Shown here: piece by piece, positions 12,071 through 23,824 of the stretch
How positions within the stretch are numbered: the first letter of the stretch is position 1
Layout of the letters: each line of letters starts with the position of its first letter
Position numbers and translations under genes: made by a program
The notes under the pieces: model-generated
What the model was told of the DNA's origin: nothing
The model's input: the letters and a program-made list of their open reading frames with translations, nothing else
The model's database searches: none
Assembly: GCA_054600435.1 (NCBI GenBank)
Contig: BAAIJX010000011.1
Location: 124,001 to 188,000, forward strand
Origin: Neophaeotheca triangularis
Lineage: Eukaryota
Length of the DNA stretch: 64,000 nucleotides
Reading direction: 5' to 3'

Positions 12071-13340
12071 ATGGGCAAGTCGTAAGTCACTTTCCCTTTC
12101 ACCATCCGTCTTTGTCTGCCAGGCGGAAGGAGACGGATGGAAGAGCGCAAGAGGAGGAGCAAACGAAACGCTCCATCGCTTTGCGCGCCCTCAACCATGA
12201 GATCTACTTGGATCATCTGGCAGCACGAAACTCGAAGAGAGCACATCCCGATCCGCAAGCGACCTTGACCATGGCTACGCCAGACCCTCCGAACCACACC
12301 AATCCCCTCCACCTCGATCAGTTAGCCGTTCAAGCCCACGCCACCGACTACACAATAGCAGCAGAAACCGCAGTGTCGGATCAAAATGCCAGTGAGGAGG
12401 AACCATACCATCCAGACGAGGCAATGCATCGGCGAGGCTCTATCAATACCGCCAGACGACGACCTTCTCATGTCCCCCGAGTCAATTCCGAGAGCTATCC
12501 TGCGTTCCGAAAAAAGCAAAAGGCAGCGATGCGCATACGTTTGGAGGAGCTCAAGTCCCAGTTGCACAGGGCGATGGCGGTGTTGGGGGTGGAGTTTTGC
12601 GAGAATGGCAATGGGTTGGAGCTAACATTCGACCGCGATAGGCAGAGCAAGCTGTCGCAGCAAGAATTGCAAGATCTACAAAAAGCGACACATTTCGACA
12701 AGAAGGAGTTGCAACAATGGTACAAGGGTATGGATCTAGCCCATCCTCAGCGCATCTCTCGCGTCACGGACTTCTAACAGAACACTCTTCACTCAGGCTT
12801 TCTCAAGGACTGTCCCTCAGGAATGCTTACCAAAGCCGAGTTTCAAAAAATCTACAAGCAATTCTTCCCTTTTGGAGATCCTTCGAGTTTCGCAGACTAT
12901 GTGTTTAACGTCTTCGATACGGACAAGAGCGGGAGTATAGATTTCAAAGAGTTCATTTGCGCGCTGAGCGTAACGAGCAGAGGCAAGATGGAGGATAAAC
13001 TCGACTGGGCGTTCCAGCTGTACGACATTGACGGCGATGGCAAGATTAGTTACGACGAGATGCTGCAGATTGTAGAGGCGATCTACAAGATGGTGAGACT
13101 ATGAGAACATAGCAAGGTACATGAGGGGGCAGGGAACCGTTGCTAACCCACCCCTAACAGGTCGGCTCCATGGTCAAACTACCCGAAGACGAAGACACAC
13201 CGGAAAAGCGGGTCCGCAAGATCTTCCGCATGATGGACAAAGACGAGAACGGCAGCCTAGACATGGCGGAATTCAAAGAAGGATCGAAGCGCGACGAGAC
13301 CATTGTCTCCGCCCTATCGCTCTACGACGGCTTGGTATAG
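12071..13340 (+). CDS. NCS1: Neuronal calcium sensor/frequenin; exons 12071-12081, 12642-12727, 12797-13092, 13161-13340
   Basis: Spliced product [41 protein letters not shown]..., EF-hands [24 protein letters not shown] and [12 protein letters not shown], end [10 protein letters not shown] myristoylation start. All introns are GT-AG. Confidence 0.96.
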
Positions 13341-15284
13341 AAATACAACAACATCATTACCAACACCACCCTCCTCCTTTGCTCCTCTCAATTTGCGCGC
13401 CCACTGCACGCATTCAGCAAACGAAGGATTCGGGGAGGTCTGCTTCTTGGGGCTTCTTGGTTAACACATCCTTCTCCTCCGCAGTCCCAGATGACTTTTC
13501 TCATGGTCAGCACGATTATGAACGCCCCAGGCACGGGACAATTGATGTTCAGGCTCGACGCGCCTGTGCAGCCATTTTACGACGACGGCTGGGAGGTCTA
13601 CTGGCACGAATGGGCTCCGATTTGAAAGATTAGGCGAAGCAGGGTGTTTGGGCGTTCTCGTGGTGTGTGGTCAGCAGATGTGTATGGTCTTTACGATAGC
13701 TCACGGAGGAGCCCTGTGGCTTTCGTGGCGCGTCTGCTTCTTTTGATGTGGATTAGGCGGCATGCATGGGTGAGCGGCTGGCTTTTCATGGGTTCTTTTG
13801 CGCTGAGGGTGACTTTGTTCGATTTCCTTCTTTTTTTTCCCCTAGGCATGAGCGGGCGAACGAACGAGCAACTAGCGATACGAGATCGAACGTGTGCTGT
13901 TTCTTCATTCACTGACTTATTGTGAACGGCGATCCTTTGAGCCCTACCGTCTTCTCCGTTGATCAATAGCAGACACTCCTCGCGCCAGGGTATCCACTAT
14001 CGATTACCCAAAAGCCAACAACCATTCCCCATCAAAGGCTCCCCACTGTAGCCTCCTCAATTGATTTCCGACTCCTCATCCTCGACTCCCAACCTAGTCC
14101 CAGCTCCAAACCTCAACTACACTCCCCGTCAAAACATTCTCCCCTATCCCCTCCCTCCTCGAACAAAGACTCAACGCAGAGCCATATCAACGGGACACCA
14201 ACTCAAGCTCCAACCCGCCGGCGACAAGACCTCCACCCCAAGTCCCTCCCACCCAACTCAAGAAGAGTTGATCTTGATCTTCCCTTCTCCTTCGAGCGTG
14301 CCGATGTTCAAATCGCTGCGAAACGTAGCAGCAAAACCCCACACGACTGTCCCAAAAAAAAAAAAAAATAGTAAAACGACTTCTCACGCTTAGACGTGCA
14401 CGTAGACGTTCACGTAGAAGTTCAAAGGAGAAGACGGCAGATTTTTTTTTTCTCGTCGTGGAAGTTTTTCATCTCGATGAGGTAGTGCACTCGCGTAACT
14501 TATATACATTTGCGGAACGAGGTGCTGCAGCCGTTGCGTTGGCGACGGCGAAGTGGTACAGTGACTATTAGTGCTCGGCGGCGGAATTTTTCTTGATCAT
14601 GCTGTCCGGGTGTTGTTGGGCAGGGCCACGTCTGCCGAGTCTTTTATTACTTACTGTGGGCGGTCCTGGGATTCGGGGTGGCGGCTCTTGTTTCTAGAGT
14701 GATGTGCAGTGGTGGGCTTGATACCTTGCGTTCGCTCGCGTGGGTTTCGTACCGTTTCGCGTCTCAAAACACTGGATATGTGTATGTTGAATATTCGTTG
14801 CGAGATCCTCTTGTTCTGAGTACGGCTTTTGAGAGTCTCTCGTAGCTCTTGCGTGAGTAGTGAGAGAGGTGTTGCTGTTACGAGAGAGCAGACAGAGGTG
14901 AGGTTTCCTTGAGGGACGCTGGGATATAAGGGGTAGGTAAGTGGGGAGAGGTCGTCAAGTACCTTATCAGGCTGGTTTTTGCTATTACTTGGGAAGACTG
15001 GGCACTGTGTTAGTGTATACGAACGCGGCGGCATATTGGTGAAGAAAGGTCGTGGTATTGCACTAGGATTGGTCTCCGGCCGTGACAATACTTTTTCCCG
15101 TTTAAAGGTTGGATTGAGTCGATCTTGTACCGCTCGAGACCTTTCACGCTCGCAATTAGATTGTCCGGATACTGGATTTGCTCTATCGAAATTATAGCCA
15201 TGCTTGCTCATCGCCGCGATCGCCAGTTTCCCGCATTATGCACGCTTTTGCCCATTCTTCGCCGGGTTGTTCGAGTGTGTCGCC

Positions 15285-16054
15285 CTAGGACATGCGCCCT
15301 AACAAGGTCTCACGTCAGCACATCTTCATCCACTCATACTTTTCCCAATCAACGGGAGACTACTCACACTGCTGAATCTCGCTCTCCTCCAAATGCCTCA
15401 GCTTGTTGACCTGCGCAGTCTCGCCCGTCACCACACCCTTGGCGAACTCCACCGCGCCACCAATAGCCGTGCGCCTGGAAACCGCATACTGCGCAGTCTT
15501 GGCCGAAACCTTGATGACACCGATACGCGGGTCCTCGGGGCCACCGTCGTGCTTGCCGTCGCCGAGGTCGCCCAGCCAGGCCTTGAGCGCGGGCGAGTAG
15601 TAGGCGCGCACCTTCTCGCGGTCGGTCTCGACTTGCGCTTTACCGCTGATCGAGGCCCACTGGCCTGAGGGGTCGAGGAAGCCGATGTTGATCTCTGGGT
15701 GCGCGTCGAGGTCGTCGGTCTTGCCGGATTCGGTGTTGGTGTGGAAGATGAGGTCGACGCCGTTGCCCTCCTAAAGAAACACGGCTGTGTCAGTGATGGC
15801 TCTCGGGCGTGAATCTAGGAGGATAGTTGTCTTCTGCTTCCCAGCTGCGGTTGTGCGCTTACCTTTGCGGCCAAAGCCATGCACCTGGAGGCGAGCTTGC
15901 CGTCGCCTGTCATGGTAGTCATCATGCAGAACTTGCACTTGTCGATGAAGGTGGTGAGGTCCTCGACCTTCTCCTGAAGAGAGGGGTCTTGGGCGTTCTT
16001 CTGAGTGTAAGGGTCGGCAGGCTTGTTGCCCGTGTCGGTGTTGGAGAAGGACAT
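15285..16054 (-). CDS. bli-3: BLI-3-like protein (pyridoxamine 5'-phosphate oxidase-like, general stress protein); introns 15771-15862 and 15299-15367
   Basis: MSFSNTDTGNKPADPY, LASRCMALAAK|EGNGVDLIFHTNTESGKTDDL, YYSPALKAWLGDLGDGKHDGGPEDPRIG. A short last exon gives QQW-R-M-S-stop. Confidence 0.88.
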
Positions 16055-16442
16055 GTTGGCTGAAGTTGTGGAAAAGGTTCGAGTTGATTGAAGTGGTTGC
16101 TGGAGGCTGGAAGATCTAGTAGATTGTTGGATGAGTGTTTGGACTGAGCAAATACGTGTTGCTGGACGAGATGATGCTGTTGTCAGAAAACGGAGGGTTT
16201 GTCGGCGGAGTGGGGTCTGCATGAGGGGCAGAGAATGAGGTGGAACGGCAGCTTTAGCGATGAAGTTGCCGGATTGGTGATATGTTGGTGGTGGTAGGTG
16301 GTGGACTGAACAAGAAACGGTTTCACTCACCTGGTATGAATCTGGTTGTGGAAGTGATTGAAGATATTGAGTGACAGGAGTATCGGATGTCTGTGTACAG
16401 TATGTTGTTGATCTAACCTCGATCCAATCCGAATTGCCCCGC

Positions 16443-16460
16443 TGACGTGCCAGGTGACGT
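16443..16460. promoter_or_regulatory. Two TGACGT (CRE/ATF-like) sites upstream of bli-3
   Basis: TGACGT at 16443-16448 and 16455-16460, about 400 nt upstream of a stress-type gene. Function is inferred only. Confidence 0.3.
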
Positions 16461-17997
16461 CGACCACTTAATAAGGTAACCTAAGATAACATACCTTATG
16501 CTAGCCACAGCTACGCTACCTCCTATGAACGAGAGCCCGACCTGGATGTCAGGCCGATTATAATGGATTGCCTCTCCCGCCTAGTACACCTGACCTATGT
16601 GGTCGGTGTCCTTCGCAAAACGAGAACCATCCAACATTTGTGAAGGTCTCTTGAGTCTACGTTCAATTACGCAAGCAGTGCTAGTGTCATGGACAGCCTT
16701 GCCTTAGTCCCTACAGCAGGGGAACATGGCCTTGAAACAGTTGACGAGAGGACCTCACATGAGCGTGGGCGTTTGCGACACGTGACACGGCGTCAATCGC
16801 ACAAAGCAGCCATCACTGGCATGGCAAATTGGCTGAGTGTCAGTTGCGAAACCAGTCTCGCCCAACTATTGCCTTTTGATCTCAACCCCTTTGTTTTGCG
16901 CGGGCGTTCGGGATTGGAGCTGCCCTTTTTATTATTGAGCCATTCCCAACCACGGTCTCGCGTTCCTCAATCACCAATAGCTCATCGAACGCTCAGGAAT
17001 CGAGAGCTTCTTCAGGGGATGAGCAACACTTGAAGATCACCATCCGAAGGCGCAGGAGCCTTTGATGCCATAAATCTATAGAAAGTGCGCGCTGTCATTT
17101 GGATCTGTGTAGGCAACTCTAGTCGTCATGGTGAAGGCCAAAGGTACGGGCGGTTCGTGACAAAGTTGGCTGGAGGTTGCGTGCGCGCCATAGCAGGACC
17201 AACTACAAGATGGATGGACTTTTCCGCGTTATCATTATTGTGGCCACTTTGTGATCTGAAGCTATCACTCGGTGAGGGTAAAAAAAGCCATGTACATGTA
17301 CACGTTACTTAGGTGCTCCATTCGCCACCGAAAAGGCTGACGATGGAGCATGGAAAGGCAGCATCTGATCGGTCCGACGACGGCGAGATCTCACGTCGGA
17401 ACGTTGCCCGGCGTCGTTAGCAACGTCGTCCTCGTGTCACGAATACGTACCTATCAAAGTCCATGTACCTGCGGCGAGTTCGCAGGAGGCAAAAGCAACC
17501 ATGTTTCTTTGTTTGCGCCAGGCCGCCGCAATAATCTCCGCTCCATCCGCTACTGTTCTCGCGTGGTGGCTTGTTGGTCTTGCCAACTATGATTATGAAC
17601 GAGGAAAGCGATGCGGCAGCAGAACAAGGATGAGGTGCCATTTGGCTTTTGTGCCAGGTCTGCCGTCTGCATCAACGGTTCGGTTTGGTTTGCCTGTTTG
17701 ACCATGTTGCTTTATGGCGTCGGGTAAACCAAGGGTGGCCTTACTACTATAACGGCTTATCGTTCGTAATGATAATAATGCACCCCTCACCTACCACCTA
17801 CCACCTCAGGGTACCAAAGTACTAGTACTCCTTGACGACGACACTAAAGGGCTGGAATGCGGCTGGCCTTATCATGCTCGTCTCTCGTCTCATTCCATCG
17901 GCCAGTAACGATCATTTCATCCCGTCTTTCCTTGCTTTTAGTTATGCCGTGTAATAAGGGAGAGAGACTAGCAAACTTATCGGTACACCGCCCGCGT

Positions 17998-18024
17998 ATC
18001 CCATCCCATCCCATCCCATCCCAT
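17998..18024. repeat. (ATCCC)n microsatellite
   Basis: About five tandem ATCCC units. Confidence 0.8.
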
Positions 18025-18510
18025 CCTGTCCTGAAACCGGGAGGTGACGCATCAAGATTCAAGAAGCCAGCCGTGTCACGAGTACGAGTCGTCGCCGTCC
18101 CCGAGATACCTCCTGGCAGCTGCTTGCCAGCTTCCTACTTCGGCCCGTATCGAACCTACAGTGCCATAGTGTCACTGTGTACCATAGGTATCATCCTCGC
18201 CCTACCCTATCCGCCCTCTCCCCTTCTGCCCGTAGACTACCAACGACCACAACAACGAGCGTAATATGGAGTGAGTTGCTGTCCTTCTCTTCCTACCAAC
18301 TGTGCCTGGAGGTAAACGGCCCCGATTTCTCCTCGACCTGATCTCGCGACACACGCTGTAAAGCTATCGATCGTCTTATCTCGACCTGCTGATAGCGCCA
18401 CGGGAGGCGACCTCATCATCATCATCTGAACGACACCACCTCTAAGAAGCATCCCTACCATCCTCCGTCACTAGTCCGATCAGTTCGCTCGGTGGAGAGC
18501 GACATACACC

Positions 18511-20364
18511 ATGGCATTCCAACAGCCTCAACAACGTCGCTCAGCAGTCACCGCCCAACCCATCGCCGTCCCCTCACAGCCCGTCCAACGCGACCCTCAA
18601 ACCCAAACACGCACGCGACAACCAGAAGAGTCCCAAGAATGGATCCTCTTCTCTCCTGCCCAACAAGCTGACTCCTCTACGCAAACCTCGCAAACGCCTC
18701 GAACAGCCACTCATCTCTCCGACTTCGGCTCACTCGAGACGCACATCCGGTCGCAGCAAGAAGACACCGAAGGCGGCGACACTTGTCAAGGGACTGAGGT
18801 AGAGGACGATGCCACCGAGCTTGACAGTCTAGACGACGGACTGCACGCCTTTCACCAGCCGTCTTGGGGTTCGTCGCCGCAGCTCGATCAGAGTGGGGGG
18901 TCTGTCTTACCGGCTCACGATGGATTAGGTGGATTCCCCTCAACTTTTGCTTCCGCTGGATTGCAAGAGCAGCTATGGCAGTTTGAGCGGTATAACCCAC
19001 ATCGGAGACGTAGCGTGCGCAGACGAAGCAGCGTGCAGATTCAACTCGATGCCATGGCGGAGGATGTGGAAGAGCGAGGCGAAGTCATGGATGAGAGGAC
19101 TGCTAGGATTGAAAAGTGGAGGATGGATCAGAGTAGAGCTGTGTTGGAGGAGCTGGAGAAGGAGGCGCGGAGACGGAGACGGCGGATGAGTAGAATGAGC
19201 GGTGCGAGCGGCTCGTCGATGGACATCACCCCAGTTACGACTCATCAGAGCGCAGTCGTCGCGCAATCTACTATACCAGAAGAATCGGAGCCCGAGACAA
19301 CTGCGACGAGTGTGAGGCAGGAGCCGGGCGAGTCTTTCTGGCAAAGAATCACAAGGCGGGTCATGCAGGATCTCATGGGTCTGGACGAGACGACTCTTTC
19401 CGTTATATTCGGCGAACAGTTGGTTGACGATTCATCACCAACCCCAACCCAGCCGTCTCCGATCGCGCAAGCAGCAGCAGCGAACGACTCTAGAGTCAGC
19501 TTCCACGACCCGTCTTATGCTTGGGAGAATAAAGTCCTCGAGCGCATCGCACGCGAGCTAGGCGTCTTCCTGCCTCAAGTAACTTTTGACGAAGGCGCGT
19601 TCAGCACATACTCGCGTTACCAACAAGAGCCAGAGTACGCCGGCCTCCCACTCCTTAGACCGGAATCACCACAACGGCAACGAAGACACCCTTCACCTAC
19701 AACAAATCGCAAGCGCCGTCTCTCTGACCGCGAGCGCTCCGAAGCTACCACCTCCTCCGCCCTTTTTGACCCCACCCTTCCCCAGCAGTCCCCATCGGAA
19801 GTCGACACCTCTCTCTGGGGTATCGAAGAAGAACCCAGCAAACCAGTTCCTGAAGCAACCCCTAACAGCGACGACCAAGACCCAGCCTACTGGCAACGCG
19901 ACCTCGACCTGCGCATGATCTTCGACTACCTCAAGCGCCGTTTCTCCCGCAACCCAGCACCTCAAGAAGCCTCACCCGCCGACGGCCCTCTGCCCGCTTC
20001 CTGGGCTACCGAAGCCGCTTCTCCCACCCCGCCTCAACTCTCGCGCGCCGACCTAATAAGGCGCCAGCACCCTCTCGTCTCTCGCGCAGCCGAACATGCC
20101 GCAGCGGCTCACACCCGGCGTCGCGAAAGCCTGCTGCGCAAGCACCACTTGCAAACTCTCTTGCAGCGGCAGAGGACGGGCAGTAGCAGCTGTGCGAGCC
20201 AGAGCGATGCCAACACGAATAAGCGCAGCCGGAGGGCGGAAAGGAGCGGGAGCGTTAGCGTGAGTAGGGTTAGTAGTCGGAACTACTGGGACCTGGGTGG
20301 AAGTTTCGGGAGCGAGAGTGTCGGGGTTGTGAGCAGTGGTGCCGGGGGTTGGGGGGACATTTAG
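18511..20364 (+). CDS. Hypothetical fungal protein, 617 aa, largely low-complexity
   Basis: Long intronless ORF with good ATG context (CACCATGG). Short ordered blocks EWILFSP, LPAHDGLG, RIEKWR and FWQRITRRVMQDLMG. Function not recognised. Confidence 0.85.
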   Translation: MAFQQPQQRRSAVTAQPIAVPSQPVQRDPQTQTRTRQPEESQEWILFSPAQQADSSTQTSQTPRTATHLSDFGSLETHIRSQQEDTEGGDTCQGTEVEDDATELDSLDDGLHAFHQPSWGSSPQLDQSGGSVLPAHDGLGGFPSTFASAGLQEQLWQFERYNPHRRRSVRRRSSVQIQLDAMAEDVEERGEVMDERTARIEKWRMDQSRAVLEELEKEARRRRRRMSRMSGASGSSMDITPVTTHQSAVVAQSTIPEESEPETTATSVRQEPGESFWQRITRRVMQDLMGLDETTLSVIFGEQLVDDSSPTPTQPSPIAQAAAANDSRVSFHDPSYAWENKVLERIARELGVFLPQVTFDEGAFSTYSRYQQEPEYAGLPLLRPESPQRQRRHPSPTTNRKRRLSDRERSEATTSSALFDPTLPQQSPSEVDTSLWGIEEEPSKPVPEATPNSDDQDPAYWQRDLDLRMIFDYLKRRFSRNPAPQEASPADGPLPASWATEAASPTPPQLSRADLIRRQHPLVSRAAEHAAAAHTRRRESLLRKHHLQTLLQRQRTGSSSCASQSDANTNKRSRRAERSGSVSVSRVSSRNYWDLGGSFGSESVGVVSSGAGGWGDI

Positions 20365-20697
20365 ACATGATATGCATGTTGAGAAAGAGAGGACCGGCGT
20401 TTTGTGATTTTTGGTGGGGCGAAACGACGGATCACGCATCTGCTGGATTTTCAACGCGGGACGACATTTATGAGATACTACCTATTTACCTAGAGAGCTG
20501 CGATCTTTGGCTGGGCCGGGATGCTCGACCTAGGACCTTGGCTAGAGACATATACATCACAGCAGTAGCAGTACTAGACAGACCTCTCAACTACACTCAG
20601 ATCCACAACGACTCCATGTCTCTACACCTTGACCTCCACTCAACCCACCAACCACTCCCCCCCTTCCCAAAAACAACACACAAAACCCAGGACCCGC

Positions 20698-22392
20698 CTA
20701 AATCTTCCCAAAAACCTTCTCCGCATACCCCCTCGCCCCCATCTCCAGCAGTCTCCCATCCTTGCCCAAAACCTCCTCCTCATTGCGCCTCACAAAAGCC
20801 TCCACCTCGGCCCTCACCCTCTCATCCCCGGCCCCCAGAATCCTCGCAGCGAGCAAAGCCCCATTGACACTATTGTTAACCCCCACGGTCGCGACCGGAA
20901 CCCCTCGCGGCATGTTACTCATACTGAGCAAGCTGTCCATGCCATCGCCGATGCTGGGTTTGATCGGCACGCCCACGACCGGCAGCGTCGTGTGCGAGGC
21001 GACCATGCCGGGCAGGTGCGCGGCGCCGCCGGCGGCCGCGATGATCGCTTTGAGGCCTTTGGAGGCCGCGGCGCTGGCGTATTGTGCCATGTGGGTTGGG
21101 GTGCGGTGGGCTGACGTTATGCGGGTTGTGTAGGGGATTTGGAATTTTTCGAGGAGCTGGATTCCTGGGAGCAGGTGTGGGAGGTCGCTGTCGGAGCCCA
21201 TGAGGATTGCAATTTCCGGCGTTGGGGCGGGGGGTTGCGTGGTGCTGGGGAGGGAGTCGACGTGGTTGAGGAGGGGTTGCAGGGTTTGCTGGGCCGTGGA
21301 CATGTTGGGAGCGGTGATGGTGATGTGGCCCATTTTGCGGCCGGGGCGGGCTTGGCCTTTACCGTAGAGGTGGACCGTGGTGTTGGGGAGGCTGTCGGCG
21401 AGGTGGGCGACGCGGAGGTGCGAGTCCGGCTCGTTGCCGCCCAGGATGTTGAGCATGATTGCTGCTGAGGTGCGCATCGCGAGGCTGGGGATAGGGCGGT
21501 CGGTGATTGTGCGGAGGTGCGCGTCGTATTGGGACACGGCGCAGGCTTCGATGGTGTAGTGGCCGGAGTTATGCGGGCGGGGCGCGATCTCGTTGATGAG
21601 GAGCGTGTCGTCTTTCAGGAGGAACATTTCCACGCCGAAGACACCTTTGCCCCAGAAGGTGGAGACTGCTTTTCTGGCGAGTTCTTGCGCTTGGCGGTTG
21701 GTGTCGTCGGAGACTCCACGAGCTGGCGCGTAGACGAGTTTGCAAATGCTATTCTCGTGGATCGTCTCGACGGTAGGGAAAGAGTGGGAGGAGTCTTGCG
21801 TCTTGACCACCATGACGGCGAGTTCCATCTTGAAGTCCGCCCATTTCTCAGCGTATAGAGCTCGGTTCGCGCCTCCAAGCGCTTGCAGAGCATTACTGAA
21901 GTCCTGCTCAGACTTGACGGGGAAGTTCCCCTTGCCGTCGTATGCTTCCTTTCGCGACTTCAAAAAGAAAGGCAGGCCTAACTGCTGTGAAGCTCTCTTA
22001 AGCTCAGCCGTAGTCGCCTCTTCCAGCGGCATCGACTGCGCCGTCGCTACATCATGCTTCTGCAAATGCTCCTTTTGCAAGTACTTGTCCTGGATGGTGC
22101 GGATAGTCTTCCAACTCGGCTGTACATCAGCGCCCTCGTTTGCGATTTGCTCCAGAATTTGCGTGTCGACGTGCTCAATCTCAACAGTCAGAACGTCGGA
22201 TTTTGCCGCGAGTTTCCGTATCGAATCCGGATCTTTAAAAGAGCCGTCCACATGGCCATCGTGGTTGCTCACTTGCTTTGCTGGAGCGCCCGGAGCGTCG
22301 AGTACGTTCACCTTTATTCTCAGGTTGTTGGCATTTTCCACCAGCATTGATCCTAGCTGGCCGCCTCCCAGTACTCCGATAGTCTTATCCAT
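20698..22392 (-). CDS. ADE2: Phosphoribosylaminoimidazole carboxylase (PurK ATP-grasp plus PurE)
   Basis: GVLGGGQLG, LTVEIEHV, AYDGKGN, NEIAPRPHNSGHYTI, MGSDSD, SAHRTP, AGGAAHLPGMVAS. Confidence 0.98.
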   Translation of the reverse strand: MDKTIGVLGGGQLGSMLVENANNLRIKVNVLDAPGAPAKQVSNHDGHVDGSFKDPDSIRKLAAKSDVLTVEIEHVDTQILEQIANEGADVQPSWKTIRTIQDKYLQKEHLQKHDVATAQSMPLEEATTAELKRASQQLGLPFFLKSRKEAYDGKGNFPVKSEQDFSNALQALGGANRALYAEKWADFKMELAVMVVKTQDSSHSFPTVETIHENSICKLVYAPARGVSDDTNRQAQELARKAVSTFWGKGVFGVEMFLLKDDTLLINEIAPRPHNSGHYTIEACAVSQYDAHLRTITDRPIPSLAMRTSAAIMLNILGGNEPDSHLRVAHLADSLPNTTVHLYGKGQARPGRKMGHITITAPNMSTAQQTLQPLLNHVDSLPSTTQPPAPTPEIAILMGSDSDLPHLLPGIQLLEKFQIPYTTRITSAHRTPTHMAQYASAAASKGLKAIIAAAGGAAHLPGMVASHTTLPVVGVPIKPSIGDGMDSLLSMSNMPRGVPVATVGVNNSVNGALLAARILGAGDERVRAEVEAFVRRNEEEVLGKDGRLLEMGARGYAEKVFGKI

Positions 22393-22939
22393 GATTGGCG
22401 AGAGGCGAGAATGCAGTTTAAATGACTATTGCATTCAGCGTCCGATACCACCAAACAATCTTTTTATTTTCAAGGTTTTGGGGTAGTATTGTTTCAATGT
22501 CTCGGCCGAGTTGATAGATGTCATGGGCTTGAAATCCGAGCGAAGAGACGAGGTGAAGTCAAATCTTGCGCTCCATCACTACACGGGAAACTACATTACT
22601 GAATTAAGAAAAGCGCAATTGGCGTACCAATCTCCATAAGTATAATGTTGGACAATGAGCATCGATAATAGCAGTTTTCAACCTTCATTCACGCCTAGAC
22701 GCACATGCGAGGGCAGACGTTGATATTGGAACGGGTGGTAACACATCACTCGAGACAGGGGAATTTAGATGGCTTGGTGCAACTTGATGCAATTGTCGGA
22801 TTGTAGCATAGAGTATCAACACCTGACTCCACACCCTCCGTAACGCAATGGCTTTTTTTTGCTGCACCAAAACCTTTCAGGCTGTGCTCGAGGAAGAACC
22901 TCGCTGCAACCATTTGCAGTTGTTTCACCAGCCTTTTCT

Positions 22940-23824
22940 CTAGACCTTGAAACCCTTGGACCTTCTCCTTCCACGGGCCCTCTCGAACTTCCTTCCCTTG
23001 CTCTCCACGTACGGCTTCTGTAATGGGGGTCAGTGGTCTATCCACCACCATCAAGTTAGTCGCGGTCCAACGCACCTTGTGAGAGTGGGGACCGAAGCCA
23101 AAGTGCTTCTCGGCCTCACGGGCCTTCTTGGGGCCACGGAGGAGCAGGCAGTTCGAGCCAGTGGGAGCACGAAGAGCGAGCTGGTCGAAGGTCAGGCACT
23201 CGCCGCCAGCCTTCTCGATGCGCGCGCGAGCAGTCGCAGTGAAGCGGAGGGCGCAGATGGACATCTTGGGGCACTCGAGCATGCGGTTGTCATCGGTAAC
23301 GGGGCCAACAACGGCGATGGTCTTGCCCTGGTGCTCCTTGCTGGCGTGCTTGTTGGCAGCAACCGAGACGATCTTGGAGAGTGACATGGGCGCCTTGTTG
23401 ATCCTGGACATGTGTAGACGACGGAGGACGGTCTGGTTGAAGTTGGAGTCGGTGCGGCGGGCGAGGAAGCGGTAGAGCTTCACAAGGAGGGCGAGGTAGG
23501 GGTTCTCGGACTTTGGCGCCTTCCTGTGGCCACTTTTGACTGTAGGGATACAGTAAGTGTTTGTTCACGTAAGGAAGACTCGCCAGCATTCCGCTACCAC
23601 TTCTTGTGTGGTAGGGGCAGCACTCAAAGTGCACAGCAGGCTCAACATACCATGATGGCGGTCAAGATCGACCTGTGTGTGTTGTCAGCGTGCCATTCTG
23701 TGTGCAGGAGGTGGGCAAGGCCAAAGAGGATGTGAAGGCGCAATCTGCGCAGTACCGTCGCCCGCCTGCAGTATCCGCCTCTTCACCTCCTCTTTGACCC
23801 CTTCTGTCTTCAACTTACACCCAT
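22940..23824 (-). CDS. RPL18: 60S ribosomal protein eL18; exons 23824-23819, 23672-23651, 23539-23076, 23017-22940
   Basis: Spliced [25 protein letters not shown]...[14 protein letters not shown]...[25 protein letters not shown], with canonical splice sites. Confidence 0.97.

Noticed and set aside
342..14368. Homopolymer runs (T16 at 342-357, T20 at 5582-5601, A15 at 14354-14368) as retroposition tails
   Set aside because: No target-site duplications or processed gene copies nearby. They are ordinary non-coding runs.
14932..14945. ACTTACCT on the minus strand resembling the U1 snRNA 5' end
   Set aside because: No U1 stem-loops or Sm site follow, and the motif matches the common AGGTAAG intergenic repeat.
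21740..22486. 248-aa antisense ORF over ADE2; similar ones at 39765-40682, 5527-6441, 34139-34822 and 61066-61779
   Set aside because: These are shadow ORFs from codon bias opposite real genes, with no motifs of their own.
22746..22939. Extended C-termini of RPL18, EMP47 (to 52259) and ISU1 in the ORF track
   Set aside because: These are read-through into introns. Splicing restores the canonical ends.
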